Assembly: GCA_963699155.1 (NCBI GenBank)
Contig: OY969414.1
Coordinates: 1,227,757 to 1,291,756, forward strand
Source of the DNA: an uncultured Chlamydiales bacterium
GTDB taxonomy: Bacteria; Chlamydiota; Chlamydiia; Chlamydiales; JAAKFR01
Direction of reading: 5' to 3'
DNA length: 64,000 bases
Part shown: positions 52,670 to 63,283 of the stretch, one piece after another
How positions within the stretch are numbered: position 1 is the stretch's first letter
How the letters are laid out: every line of letters begins with the position of its first letter
Made by a program: the position numbers and the translations under genes
The notes under the pieces: model-generated
The model's input: only the letters and a program-made list of their open reading frames with translations
Database searches by the model: none
What the model was told of the DNA's origin: nothing

Positions 52670-55600
52670 TTATATATATTTGCCAGTAAGTGATTTGCGA
52701 TTTTTCGCCACCTGTTCAGGAGTGCCTGTGCAGACGATGCGGCCCCCTTGATCTCCAGCTCCTGGGCCGAGATCGATCAGATAGTCGGCATTGCGGATGA
52801 TATCGAGATTGTGTTCGATAATCACCATCGTATTCCCTTTATCGACCAGACGATGAAGAAGGCCCAGCAGTTTTTTAATGTCATCTGGATGGAGCCCCGT
52901 TGTCGGTTCATCGAGAAGATAGAGGGTTTTGCCGGTGCCACGTTTTGCCAACTCGCGGCTTAGCTTCATCCGCTGCGCTTCGCCGCCGGAGAGAGAGGCC
53001 ATCTCCTGCCCCAGTTTCAGATAGCCGAGACCCACCGAAATGAGGGTATCTAAGATCCGTTTGGCTTTGGGTAAAATCTCAAATCGGAAGCGCGCTTCCT
53101 CAACTGTCATTTCGAGCAGCTGTCCGAAATTATTGCCTTCATAGCTCACCTCGAGGCTGACAGGATTGAGCCGCATCCCATGACACTGGTCGCAGACCAC
53201 CTTTACGGCAGGGAGGAAGAGCATTTCGACCTTTTTGTAGCCCAGTCCCCAACAGGCTGTGCACATTCCCTTGCGATGGTTATAGCTGAAATGGCGGGGT
53301 TGCAGCCCCTTGACACGTGCTCCGGCAAGTCCTGCATAAAATTCTCGGAGTGAGGGCAAAACATCGGCATAGGTTCCCACATCTGAGCGAACTGTGTGTC
53401 CGATCGGATCCTGATCGATGACGATGATCTTGTTAAAGGGCTCTTCCTCTCCGAGGAGAGCGGCAAAGGTGGGATAGATCACCTCATGCATCAAAGTCGA
53501 TTTTCCCGATCCTGAAACGCCTGTCAGACAGCTCAACACCTGCAAGGGGAGCTCGAAAGAGAGATTTTTTAAGTTATGTTTGTGCGCATGGGTGATCGGG
53601 AAGCTCTTTTTGACAGGGCGTCTCTTTTCAGGGATGCCAATGGTTTGTTTGCCCGAGAGGTAGGCACCTGTCAAAGAGTTGGGATTTTTCAAAATTTCAG
53701 AATAGCTGCCTTCTGCGGTGATGTGGCCGCCATGCAGACCTGCTCCAGGGCCAAAGTCGATGATGTAATCAGCTGTAGCGACTGTTTGAGGGTCATGTTC
53801 GACCATCAAGAGGGTATTTCCTAACAATTTCAAACTACTCAAGGCTTGATTCAGCCTCTCATTGTCGTGGGGGTGTAGCCCGATCGTCGGCTCATCGAGC
53901 ACATAGAGAACACCAGTGAGTTGACTTCCCAGCTGGCGGGCAAGGCGAATCCGTTGCGATTCCCCATTGCTGAGAGTAGGCGCCCGTCTTTCTAAACTGA
54001 GATAATCGAGACCCACCTTCATCAAAAAGGAGAGGCGCCCTTTGAGCTGTTTCATCACCTCTTCGAGCACTTTGGCGCTACTTTTAGGCAGCTTGAGGTT
54101 TTCTAAAAAGTCATGCGCCTTGACGATCGGCAGGCGACAGAGGTCAGCGATTCCGTAGGGACCGATACGGACCGAGCGGGCGAGAGGATGGAGGCGCGCT
54201 CCTCCACAGGAGACGCAGGTGATTTCGTCTAACAATGGAATCAAAGGGGCACGTATCTCATGGTGAGCTACTTTGCCGGCACGTGCCAGAATGGGTTGTA
54301 GGCCCAGCCAGCGGAAGCGGAAACCTTGTGGAGTCGTTATCCATTTGTCCTCTGGCGCCCCATTTAAGAAGAGCTGGAGCTGAGCGGGTGTAAGCTCCGC
54401 TAGAGGGAGGTAGGGGTCGATTCCCTCCTTTTTGAGAAACTCCTCGAAGAGAGGGATAAAGGTGGTGGTCCAGAAATGGCGTAGGAGGCCGATTACCGAA
54501 AGACGCATCAATTCAGGGTTACGAGAAAAATCGGCTCCATACTGATATCCGAGCCCTTGGCAGTCAAGGCACATGCCTTCAGGGCTATTGAAGGAAAAGG
54601 TGTGGGGGGAGATGGGTGGGTAAGATTTGCCTGTGCTTTCCACAGCGAAAGAGAGATTGAAGAGCTGATCCTCCTGCTCCCGCATGACAAGGATCTTTCC
54701 CTCACCGATTGAAGCAGCGTTTTCCACAGCTTCGTAGAGACGGCTCATGCTTTCTTGTCCCACCTTCAGACGATCGATGACGAGGGCGAGCTCATTTTTC
54801 CTCTTACGATCGAAGGGGATCGGACTATCGAGCTCATAAATTTGACCGTTGAGGCGGATCCTGACATAGCCTTGGCGGCTCAGCTTGGCAGTTAACTCCT
54901 CAAATTTCTCATTTTTTTGGAGCGTGAGCGGAGCGAGCAGGGTGATTTTCTCTCCAGAAGGATAGGAGAGGATCCTATCGACCACATAATCTTTGGTGAT
55001 CGCCTTGATCTCTTCGCCCGTTTCAGGGCAGTAGGCGGTGCCCGCACGTGCATAGAGAAGGCGAAGATAGTCATAGGCTTCTGTCAAAGTGCCTACAGTG
55101 GACCTGGGATTGCCTGCGGCCGCTTTCTGCTCGATGGCAATTGCTGGTGAGAGCCCTTCGATCTGTGAGAGTTTGGGCTTTGGCATCTGCTGCACAAACT
55201 GCCGTGCATAGGGTGTGAGCGACTCGATATATCTTCTCTGCCCTTCGGCGTAGATGGTTTCAAACGCGAGAGAGCTTTTCCCAGAACCAGATGGTCCCGT
55301 GCAGATCGTCAATTGGCCGCGAGGAATAGAAAGATTGAGATGTTTCAAGTTATTTTGCTCGGCTCCCTGGATCTCGATCGAGCGGATCTCGGTACCGATC
55401 TTTTTAGGAGCCGGTTTATGGACATGTTTTTGAGGGGATAGAACATGGCGAAGTGCCCTTCCTGTCGGACTCTCATTTTTTGCTACCTGCTCGGGAGTGC
55501 CTTGGGCCCCGATGCGGCCACCCCCATCACCCCCTTCGGGGCCGAGATCGATGACCCAATCGGCTGTCTTCACCACATCCATGTTGTGTTCGATCACCAA

Positions 55601-58252
55601 GACACTATTTCCCCTCGAGACTAGCTCCTGAAGCACCAAAAGAAGCGCTTGAATGTCATGAAAATGGAGGCCTGTGGTTGGTTCATCCAGAATATAAAAG
55701 GTCTTGCCTGTCCCGGGACGAACGAGCTCTTTGGCCAATTTGATCCTCTGTGCTTCGCCTCCAGAAAGTGTTGTCGAGGGTTGCCCTAAGGAGATATACT
55801 CCATACCCACTTGACAGAGAACATCGAGCTTCCGTTTCAGTGAGGGAATATTGGCGAAGAAGTCGCGCGCATCGGAAACGCTCATCTCTAAAACATCATG
55901 GATATTTTTGCCTTTGTAGTGCACCGAGAGGGTTTCATGGTCAAAGCGCTTACTCTGGCAGCTTTGGCAGGGGACCCATTGATCTTCCATGAAGTCCATG
56001 TCGATGCGGATCATCCCCATCCCATGGCACTGGGGACACGCTCCATCCCTTACATTAAAACTGAAACGGCCTGGAGCAAACCCTTTGGCGACACTTTCAG
56101 GCAGTTTGCTGAAGAGAGCGCGGATATCATCGAAGATTTTGATATAGGTTGCCGGATTGGAACGGGGCGTTCTACCAATCGGTGTCTGGTCGATCGCAAT
56201 CACTTTATCGATTGCTTCGATTCCCATAATCTTGTGATGTGCCCCCACGACATGTTCTGCACGGTGGAGATGATTGGCGAGGGCGGGATAGAGCGTATCG
56301 GTGATCAAGGAGGATTTTCCCGATCCAGAAACGCCGGTGACAGCGATCATCACACCTAAAGGAAAGTGGGCATCGATCTTTTTGAGGTTGTTATGTGTTG
56401 CCCCTTCAATGCGAATCGCCTCTTTACCGGCTTTGCGCCTTTTTTTAGGAATGGGGATGGATCTCTTGCCACTCAGAAAGGCACCTGTGATCGATTCCTT
56501 ATTCTTTAAAAGCTCCTGGATAGAGCCATTCACCAAGATGCGTCCTCCCGCTTTTCCTGGTCCTGGTCCAAAATCGACGATCCGGTCAGCTTCCCAGATC
56601 GTCTCCTCGTCATGTTCGACCACGATGACGGTATTGCCTACGTCACGCAAGTGCTTCAGCGTTTCGATCAGCTTCTTATTATCTCTTGGGTGGAGGCCGA
56701 TCGATGGCTCATCCAAGACATAGGTGACACCGACAAGTCCACAGCCAACCTGTGAGGCTAAACGCACACGCTGCGCCTCCCCACCCGACAGTGTGGGGGC
56801 GGTACGGTCGAGGGAGAGATAGTGGAGACCGACATCGACCAGAAATTGGAGACGTGTCACAATCTCTTTCAGGAGCTCTTCAGCGATGAGCCGATCGGTC
56901 GCATCGAGTTTCAGATTTTCGAAGAAATCGAGGGCTGCTGAGCTATCCATTCCGCTGACCTCATGAATCTTGATTCCCCCGATCGTTGTGGCTGCAGGAT
57001 AGGGACGGAGCCGCGCACCCTGACATTCAGGGCAGATGGAGCTCTTCATCAAGCTCTCCATCTTTTTGCGGTAGATTTCGCTGGTCGCTTCCATGTATCT
57101 TGCACGCGCCTCGTGCAATACTCCACGCCATCCCACATACTCTGTCCACGATTGGGGTCTCTCAGGATGGACAAAATGCATCTGGATCCATTTCTTATCC
57201 GATCCATAGAGGAAAATCTTTTTGGCTTTTTCAGAAAGGTTTTTCCAGGGAGTGTGGAGATCGAAGCCATAGATCGAGGCGAGGTTCTGATAGATGTTCC
57301 CATAGCGGACTGTCTGATAGGAGCTGCCGATGGAGCAGCAATCTTCGGCGATGCTCTTCTCGGGATCGATGATCTTATCGAGATCAAATTCTTGGGTGTA
57401 GCCAAGTCCACTGCAGCGCGGACACATGCCAGCAGGACTATTGAAAGAAAAGTCGTGTGGTTCCAATGAGGTATAGGAAAGACCCGATTTAGGGGAGTAG
57501 GCAAGCGTTGAATAGAGTGTCTCTTCGTGGCGATCAGGGTCGTAGGTTAAAAGCATTCCCTGACCCAGCTCAAGGGCTGCCATCACCGCCTCTGCGATGC
57601 GCGAATGGGCCTCAGGGCCTACTACAAGCCGGTCGATCACAACCTCAATCGTGTGAGAGACATTTTTATCGAGTGAAACCCCCTCACTCAAGTCAACCAG
57701 GTTGCCATCGATGCGAGCCCTGGTGTAGCCCTTTTTTAAAAGCTGTTGAAAATCATCCTTATACTCCCCCTTCTTGCCCTTAGCATAAGGAGCCAAAATA
57801 AGCAGTTTCGTCTTTTCTGGAATGCTCTGGAGGGTTTTGATGATCCGTTCTTTACTCTGTGGAGAGACTACCTCCCCGCTGACAGGACAGTGAGGAGTGC
57901 CGATGCGGGCATAGAGGACCCGAAGATAGTCGTAGATCTCCGTCATCGTTCCCACGGTCGATCGCGGGTTCTTACCGGCGCTCTTCTGCTCGATCGAAAT
58001 GGTCGGTGATAACCCCGAAACATACTCGACATCAGGTTTTGAGAGATCTCCCAAATATCTTCGGGCAAAGGTGGAGAGCGATTCGATATAGCGCCTCTGC
58101 CCCTCCACAAAGAGCGTGTCAAAAGCGAGCGACGACTTCCCCGACCCTGAAACCCCTGTAAACACGACAAATTCATTCGTCTGAAGCTCGAGGTCGACCC
58201 CCTTCAAATTATGAACCCGGATATTTTTAAGAATAATAGGATGTTTTTCCAT
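52670..58252 (-). CDS. uvrA: Excinuclease ABC subunit A, double-length chlamydial form
   Basis: 1860 aa; four GxSGSGKS Walker A motifs and LS(G/N)GExQR signatures; Zn fingers. Confidence 0.96.
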   Translation of the reverse strand: MEKHPIILKNIRVHNLKGVDLELQTNEFVVFTGVSGSGKSSLAFDTLFVEGQRRYIESLSTFARRYLGDLSKPDVEYVSGLSPTISIEQKSAGKNPRSTVGTMTEIYDYLRVLYARIGTPHCPVSGEVVSPQSKERIIKTLQSIPEKTKLLILAPYAKGKKGEYKDDFQQLLKKGYTRARIDGNLVDLSEGVSLDKNVSHTIEVVIDRLVVGPEAHSRIAEAVMAALELGQGMLLTYDPDRHEETLYSTLAYSPKSGLSYTSLEPHDFSFNSPAGMCPRCSGLGYTQEFDLDKIIDPEKSIAEDCCSIGSSYQTVRYGNIYQNLASIYGFDLHTPWKNLSEKAKKIFLYGSDKKWIQMHFVHPERPQSWTEYVGWRGVLHEARARYMEATSEIYRKKMESLMKSSICPECQGARLRPYPAATTIGGIKIHEVSGMDSSAALDFFENLKLDATDRLIAEELLKEIVTRLQFLVDVGLHYLSLDRTAPTLSGGEAQRVRLASQVGCGLVGVTYVLDEPSIGLHPRDNKKLIETLKHLRDVGNTVIVVEHDEETIWEADRIVDFGPGPGKAGGRILVNGSIQELLKNKESITGAFLSGKRSIPIPKKRRKAGKEAIRIEGATHNNLKKIDAHFPLGVMIAVTGVSGSGKSSLITDTLYPALANHLHRAEHVVGAHHKIMGIEAIDKVIAIDQTPIGRTPRSNPATYIKIFDDIRALFSKLPESVAKGFAPGRFSFNVRDGACPQCHGMGMIRIDMDFMEDQWVPCQSCQSKRFDHETLSVHYKGKNIHDVLEMSVSDARDFFANIPSLKRKLDVLCQVGMEYISLGQPSTTLSGGEAQRIKLAKELVRPGTGKTFYILDEPTTGLHFHDIQALLLVLQELVSRGNSVLVIEHNMDVVKTADWVIDLGPEGGDGGGRIGAQGTPEQVAKNESPTGRALRHVLSPQKHVHKPAPKKIGTEIRSIEIQGAEQNNLKHLNLSIPRGQLTICTGPSGSGKSSLAFETIYAEGQRRYIESLTPYARQFVQQMPKPKLSQIEGLSPAIAIEQKAAAGNPRSTVGTLTEAYDYLRLLYARAGTAYCPETGEEIKAITKDYVVDRILSYPSGEKITLLAPLTLQKNEKFEELTAKLSRQGYVRIRLNGQIYELDSPIPFDRKRKNELALVIDRLKVGQESMSRLYEAVENAASIGEGKILVMREQEDQLFNLSFAVESTGKSYPPISPHTFSFNSPEGMCLDCQGLGYQYGADFSRNPELMRLSVIGLLRHFWTTTFIPLFEEFLKKEGIDPYLPLAELTPAQLQLFLNGAPEDKWITTPQGFRFRWLGLQPILARAGKVAHHEIRAPLIPLLDEITCVSCGGARLHPLARSVRIGPYGIADLCRLPIVKAHDFLENLKLPKSSAKVLEEVMKQLKGRLSFLMKVGLDYLSLERRAPTLSNGESQRIRLARQLGSQLTGVLYVLDEPTIGLHPHDNERLNQALSSLKLLGNTLLMVEHDPQTVATADYIIDFGPGAGLHGGHITAEGSYSEILKNPNSLTGAYLSGKQTIGIPEKRRPVKKSFPITHAHKHNLKNLSFELPLQVLSCLTGVSGSGKSTLMHEVIYPTFAALLGEEEPFNKIIVIDQDPIGHTVRSDVGTYADVLPSLREFYAGLAGARVKGLQPRHFSYNHRKGMCTACWGLGYKKVEMLFLPAVKVVCDQCHGMRLNPVSLEVSYEGNNFGQLLEMTVEEARFRFEILPKAKRILDTLISVGLGYLKLGQEMASLSGGEAQRMKLSRELAKRGTGKTLYLLDEPTTGLHPDDIKKLLGLLHRLVDKGNTMVIIEHNLDIIRNADYLIDLGPGAGDQGGRIVCTGTPEQVAKNRKSLTGKYI

Positions 58253-58263
58253 GAGTGGTAAGA

Positions 58264-59541
58264 TTATAGGCCACTGGTATCGGTCTGCGTAAACAGACTG
58301 ATATCCGCCGTGACTATGGCACCACCATCACTGGTTGCCTTGATATTTAAAAAACCAAAGGAACCAAAATTAGGAGGTGCAAATTGCATCACCCCACCTC
58401 TAAAATCTACAAAAGTGAATTGGACAATAGATAACCCAGGTGGTGTAAAGATCATTGGTTCGCCCCAAACAATTTCAAGGGGTGGCGCGAACACCTTGTC
58501 CTGATAGCCTGGTACAAAATGTTCGACTGTTTTATTTTGGATTACCTTGATTGTCGAGTTATAAGTTACCCATTTTGTACTCTCTGTATAGACAGCAATT
58601 GAAAAAATATCCTTAGTGCATTCAACTTTAACTTCAGAATAATCGGTAGGATTCGTTACGACGGATGGTTTACTGACTGTATCAAAAGTGCAACCGGGGT
58701 CAGGAGTGTATTTAATTGCTTTAGGAGTATTATTTTTTTTTACCTTTTGAGAATCATGAATCGTCCTCATTTCTTGAACTACATTTACGACCGTGGTTAT
58801 GGATTTAAATCTTGCATGGGTGATGGTGCCTGCGATGCGAGGAAGGGCGGTGAGAGTCACCTGGTAAAGAGCAGAGTTTGGCCAATATGCTGCAAACAGA
58901 GGATTCCATGAATCAGTCCAGGGTGCATTGAGTTGACCTGTCACAGAGGGAGTATATTTATTATTGGGGAGATGGCCAAAAATTGAAAAGGGTAAAAAGA
59001 ATTCGATTTTTGACTCAGTAGTATTCCTCAGTTTGCATTCCGTACTACCAAAAGTTAAAGTAGGCAGGTGATAACTTGCACAAGGAAATACACCTTCAAA
59101 GGTGATCGTAGAACTACCGGATAGGTCAGTAACGACAAAACAGAGGGTTTTAACAGATGTGTACCGAGATTCTTGGGATACAAAAGGGAGATTGTGAACT
59201 ACAGCCTGAATGGTGTCTAGCCCTTTTTGGAGAAGCTGGCCTCCGCTGCTGATAAATTCTTCTGCGACCGAAACTATTTGATTGAAAAAGCCCTGTGCGA
59301 CCAAGCTCGTTTTGTCAAGGGTATAATCTAATTCTGTTCGATAAGCGTTTTCAAAATGGTCGATCACGCGGATAACTTGATCACCCATTCCGATGAGCAC
59401 ACCCATTGCAGCAAATGTTACCTTAGGAAGATTTTGGTCAACAAATGAGTTGACTTCCTTCTTGACGTATTTTGTCATCACTCCTAGGGCGACAGGACCT
59501 AGAGCCTCAAGACCAGCGGTTATTACTCCTACTACAGCCAT
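58264..59541 (-). CDS. Hypothetical protein: helical N-terminus, beta-rich C-terminus (possible IPT/TIG-like segment)
   Basis: 425-aa ORF with GGAG SD; more AT-rich than the flanks; ITFEGVF...LTFGSTEC...ESKIEFFLP resembles a TIG pattern. Confidence 0.6.
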   Translation of the reverse strand: MAVVGVITAGLEALGPVALGVMTKYVKKEVNSFVDQNLPKVTFAAMGVLIGMGDQVIRVIDHFENAYRTELDYTLDKTSLVAQGFFNQIVSVAEEFISSGGQLLQKGLDTIQAVVHNLPFVSQESRYTSVKTLCFVVTDLSGSSTITFEGVFPCASYHLPTLTFGSTECKLRNTTESKIEFFLPFSIFGHLPNNKYTPSVTGQLNAPWTDSWNPLFAAYWPNSALYQVTLTALPRIAGTITHARFKSITTVVNVVQEMRTIHDSQKVKKNNTPKAIKYTPDPGCTFDTVSKPSVVTNPTDYSEVKVECTKDIFSIAVYTESTKWVTYNSTIKVIQNKTVEHFVPGYQDKVFAPPLEIVWGEPMIFTPPGLSIVQFTFVDFRGGVMQFAPPNFGSFGFLNIKATSDGGAIVTADISLFTQTDTSGL

Positions 59542-59641
59542 ATTTTCTCCCTTTTTTATGTTGCCGTAAACAAAGGACCATCATTTTAGCATAATCGAGA
59601 TTTTAATCGGTCACTGTTGCAATAGTGGCTCGCCAGAATAA

Positions 59642-59989
59642 CTAAGGATGAGCGGTAATGGCGATAATCGTAATCTGACCCTTCTCAGGTCCGTAGGACC
59701 AAAATACTCTGTAGCCTGCCGGAGTGTTATTCTGAATATAGGCCTCAAATACCTTTTGCGAAGAATCCCATGGATGCTCGAGTGAAGAATAAGGATGGGT
59801 ACGTAATCCTGGGTGCCCAGGATTTTCTCTTAGATATTGTAGCGTTTTTTTGACCTGTTTAAAGAGCCCTTCCTGCTTAGAACTTTTACTCTTCAGTTGC
59901 TTTTTTCTTTTGCCCTCTATGTCGATTGCCTTCTGCTCAAGAGAGAGATATATTGCTTCTGCTTCTTCAGTCCATTCCAGGCCAAACAT
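59642..59989 (-). CDS. RelE/ParE-superfamily toxin-like protein
   Basis: LEWTEEA, L.ENPGHPGLRTH, FEAY, YRVFWSY, ITIIAITAHP. Confidence 0.7.
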   Translation of the reverse strand: MFGLEWTEEAEAIYLSLEQKAIDIEGKRKKQLKSKSSKQEGLFKQVKKTLQYLRENPGHPGLRTHPYSSLEHPWDSSQKVFEAYIQNNTPAGYRVFWSYGPEKGQITIIAITAHP

Positions 59990-59999
59990 GACACCCTAA

Positions 60000-60251
60000 T
60001 TAATCTAGATCGATTGCATTTCTTTTCAGACGTTTCTTTTTAGCTTGTTCCAACCCTTTCAGCACTGATTCTTTTGCCTTCTTGTTCCTATGAAGCCAAA
60101 CTTCTCGTTCTGGGACTAAAACTGCTTTTTCCAGGATGAAACGACCCTCAGCGTCTTGGGTAATGATATACCGTTCGCCGGCATGCTTTGCACCTAAAGG
60201 TACTCTTCCTTTTGAGTCAGCAGTGACATCATGAAATGGATTCATAAACAC
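60000..60251 (-). CDS. AbrB/MraZ-fold antitoxin-like protein
   Basis: VTADSKGRVPLG motif; W.H.N..A.ESV..GL tail; directly upstream of the toxin-like gene. Confidence 0.68.
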   Translation of the reverse strand: MFMNPFHDVTADSKGRVPLGAKHAGERYIITQDAEGRFILEKAVLVPEREVWLHRNKKAKESVLKGLEQAKKKRLKRNAIDLD

Positions 60252-60387
60252 CTCTTGTTAGATAATTCTATTATAGCAGAAGTGGGCTATGTTATCAAGT
60301 GGGAATTTCCCACAATGACCTTTTTGCTCGAAGCCTTCGTGCTAAGATCATAAGATCCTAGTATTAATTCAGCAAACTTGATATGAA

Positions 60388-62151
60388 ATGCTTATGTTAA
60401 CGCGTACGAAGATCGTCTGTACGATGGGTCCGGCTGTCGCTAGCCCGGAAAAAATTGAGGCGCTGATCCATGCTGGAATGAATGTAGCGCGCCTCAACTT
60501 TAGCCATGGGACCCATGAAGAACATGCCCGGACGATCCAATATCTCAAAGAGGCGCGGGAGAAACTGGGCGTCCCATTGGCAATCATGCTCGATACAAAA
60601 GGGCCGGAGATCCGCTTAGGGAAGCTGAAAAATGACCAAATTAACTTGAAGCAGGGTCAGCAGTTTTGGCTCGTCAAGGAAGAGGTTTTGGGGGATGAAG
60701 AACAGATCACCCTCACACCACCTCAAGCTCTCGATGCCCTCGAAAAGGAGATGTTTGTTCTCTTAGATAATGGCTACATCATCACTCATGTTGTCGAGGT
60801 GGCATCTAGAGGAGTCAAGGTTGAGGTGGATCATGGGGGAGTGATCAAATCGACAAAGGGAGTCAATATCCCTAGTGCTGTAATTGAACTTCCTCCGATG
60901 ACAACTAAAGACGAAGAGGATATCCGATTCGGCTGTGAGCAAGATATCGACTGGATCGCCGCCTCTTTCATCCGCTCGGCAGAGCATGTCGTTGCGATCA
61001 AAAAACTGCTAGAAGATCAAAACAAATCGGATATCTCGGTCATTGCCAAAATTGAGAATCGACTGGGGGTTCAAAATTTTGACAGCATTGTCCATGTCGC
61101 TGATGGAATCATGGTGGCACGTGGTGATTTGGGTGTGGAATTGCCACTCACACAGGTGCCTCGACTGCAAAAGATGATGATCCGTAAGAGCTTTCTAGCC
61201 TCAAAACCCTGCGTCACGGCAACCCAGATGCTAGAATCGATGATGGTCAATCCACGTCCCACCCGTGCAGAGACCTCCGATGTTGCCAACGCCATCTACG
61301 ATAGCACCTCAGCGGTCATGCTTTCCGGAGAAACGGCAGTCGGGAACTACCCGATCCAGGTTGTAGAGGTGATGAAAGCGATTATCCAAGAGGCTGAGGT
61401 TGACTTTAACTATTACGATTTCTTCAAGCAGTCGAGCCAGCGCGGCTTTTACGATGTCCCTTCCTCAGTTGCTCATGCGAGTGTCAACACAGCATACAGC
61501 TCTAACGCGAAAGCGATCTTTGCCTTTACCACGAGTGGTTCCACAGCGCGTCTTCTCTCGCGCCTCCGCCCCGAAATGCCGATACTTGCGATGACACCCA
61601 ACCCCAAGGCCTACCATCAACTCGCTCTCAATTGGGGGGTGATTCCGATCCTCTGCCAGGAGGCCACCACCATCGAGGAGGCCAAAATGATGCTCAGTGA
61701 ATTTGCGCTCCAAAAAGGGCTTGTCCAGTATGGTGACCTTGTCGTCATTACCGCAGGAACCCCTTTCGGCCGCGCAGGAACCACCAACATGATGATTGTC
61801 GACAGCATCGGCGATGTCCTCGTCCGCGGCAGCGAAGGCCATGGCCCCAAAACGCATGGCAAAGTCTTCCTCAACCCCACTCCCGATACCAAAGACTACA
61901 TTATCCGTGGAAAAATCATCGTCATCCCCGTTTGCAATCCCGACTATCTCAATCTCCTGCGCACTGCCTCCGGCGTCATCCTCCAGAACCTCCCCGACGA
62001 CCCCGATTCCGAAAACTACCTCAAAGAGATCTCCACGCAATACCACCTTCCCGTCATCTTCCGTGCCGAGGGAGCCTCCGACGTCCTCCGCGACGAGCAG
62101 CTCATCACCCTCGACCCCTCCTCCGCCCTCGTCTACAAAGGTATCTTCTAG
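60388..62151 (+). CDS. pyk: Pyruvate kinase with a C-terminal PEP-utilizer-like extension
   Basis: RTKIVCTMGP, ARLNFSHG, DTKGPEIR, IAKIEN, MVARGDLG, ATQMLESM, MLSGETA. Confidence 0.97.
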   Translation: MLMLTRTKIVCTMGPAVASPEKIEALIHAGMNVARLNFSHGTHEEHARTIQYLKEAREKLGVPLAIMLDTKGPEIRLGKLKNDQINLKQGQQFWLVKEEVLGDEEQITLTPPQALDALEKEMFVLLDNGYIITHVVEVASRGVKVEVDHGGVIKSTKGVNIPSAVIELPPMTTKDEEDIRFGCEQDIDWIAASFIRSAEHVVAIKKLLEDQNKSDISVIAKIENRLGVQNFDSIVHVADGIMVARGDLGVELPLTQVPRLQKMMIRKSFLASKPCVTATQMLESMMVNPRPTRAETSDVANAIYDSTSAVMLSGETAVGNYPIQVVEVMKAIIQEAEVDFNYYDFFKQSSQRGFYDVPSSVAHASVNTAYSSNAKAIFAFTTSGSTARLLSRLRPEMPILAMTPNPKAYHQLALNWGVIPILCQEATTIEEAKMMLSEFALQKGLVQYGDLVVITAGTPFGRAGTTNMMIVDSIGDVLVRGSEGHGPKTHGKVFLNPTPDTKDYIIRGKIIVIPVCNPDYLNLLRTASGVILQNLPDDPDSENYLKEISTQYHLPVIFRAEGASDVLRDEQLITLDPSSALVYKGIF

Positions 62152-62195
62152 AAATAAAATCCCCACGATCTCAAAGGCAACTCCTTTGCATCCTT

Positions 62196-63224
62196 TCAGC
62201 AAAGACCGTAGTAATGCTCATAGTCGAACTTGAATCTTTCGTATATTGCTTTCGCATGACGCTCCAATGGTTTTCCTTTGATCGCTCTATACAAGTGATG
62301 ATTATTACTGTTATTAATGGCTTGGATTGCCGTATTCACAACGTAGAGAAGACATACTGTATCCTCAACTATCAGTTTTTTGTGCTGCTGAGATAAATCA
62401 TCCAGTTTCAGAAAAAATGATTCGATCTTTTGATAGATTTGGCGATTCTTGGGATCTACCGGTACCAGAGATAGACTCCCAGATAGCTCTGAACCAATCT
62501 TGTTTAAAAGCTCCGTGATGTTTTTGACGGCCTCTCCGTGACTTTGTGATGGTGCTGTATCTGTTGGTGCTGAAGAAATAGAGGGAGATGAGCTCTGATA
62601 ACTTTCTGGGGCCCTTTTTTCTTCTGGGGGGCTTTCGGAAGCGGATTCGTCTTTTGGAGGAGAGTAGCTTTTAGGAGGGGCATAGGAAGATTGAACACCA
62701 CTTCCACTGTTACTTGTTGACTTCAAAGAGGGCGGGATGAAAAGGGATGGGCTTTTCTGGTCTGCTTGTGGGGTGGGGGAGGGTTTTGGGGCTTCTGAAG
62801 GTGGGGGTTTTGGGGGGCTGTAGGGTGGGGTGTAGTCGATGGGGGCGCCGGAATTGAATTGGTCGAATTGGGTTTTTAGTCCGGCTAGAGCGATATTTCC
62901 AAAGGCTGTTGCTTCTATCACGTTTTGGAGAATGTTCGCATCGAGAAGGCTGGCTGAAAAGGTGGGGCCGAAGGCGCCACTGCTTAAAGCTAGGGCAAAA
63001 TCGATGGCTGTGGAAGCTGCTCCGGCACCGGCTTGTGTGAGGGCAGCATCTTGGAGCGCCTTTTCAGCTGCGTTAGCTGCTTTGATTTCAGCATCCACAT
63101 CTGTAAAGTCGGGGAAATCAAATTTTTTGGAGGCAGTGCATTTATCGATGAGAGCATCCTTAGCTGCATAAGCGGCTTCAACGCGGGCGTGGGCTTGAAC
63201 TAGCTGGGAAGAAATAGAAGCCAT
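62196..63224 (-). CDS. Pro/Ser-rich hypothetical protein, paralog of 19918-20807
   Basis: QAHARVEAAYAAKDALID...PDFTDVDAEI and IEATAFG shared; low-complexity middle; distinct helical C-terminus. Confidence 0.75.
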   Translation of the reverse strand: MASISSQLVQAHARVEAAYAAKDALIDKCTASKKFDFPDFTDVDAEIKAANAAEKALQDAALTQAGAGAASTAIDFALALSSGAFGPTFSASLLDANILQNVIEATAFGNIALAGLKTQFDQFNSGAPIDYTPPYSPPKPPPSEAPKPSPTPQADQKSPSLFIPPSLKSTSNSGSGVQSSYAPPKSYSPPKDESASESPPEEKRAPESYQSSSPSISSAPTDTAPSQSHGEAVKNITELLNKIGSELSGSLSLVPVDPKNRQIYQKIESFFLKLDDLSQQHKKLIVEDTVCLLYVVNTAIQAINNSNNHHLYRAIKGKPLERHAKAIYERFKFDYEHYYGLC

Positions 63225-63283
63225 AATAAACTTGGTTTCTAATGTTAAAAGATCTTATTATTTAGCGAATTTATAAAGGATAT

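Noticed and set aside
52670..58252. Double-length UvrA as a novelty
   Set aside because: Tandemly fused UvrA is an established feature of Chlamydiae.
61465..62396. Long alternative ORFs over the pyk 3' end (likewise 48857-49546 and 27493-28107)
   Set aside because: By-products of locally C- or G-skewed codon usage that removes stop codons; they overlap well-supported genes.
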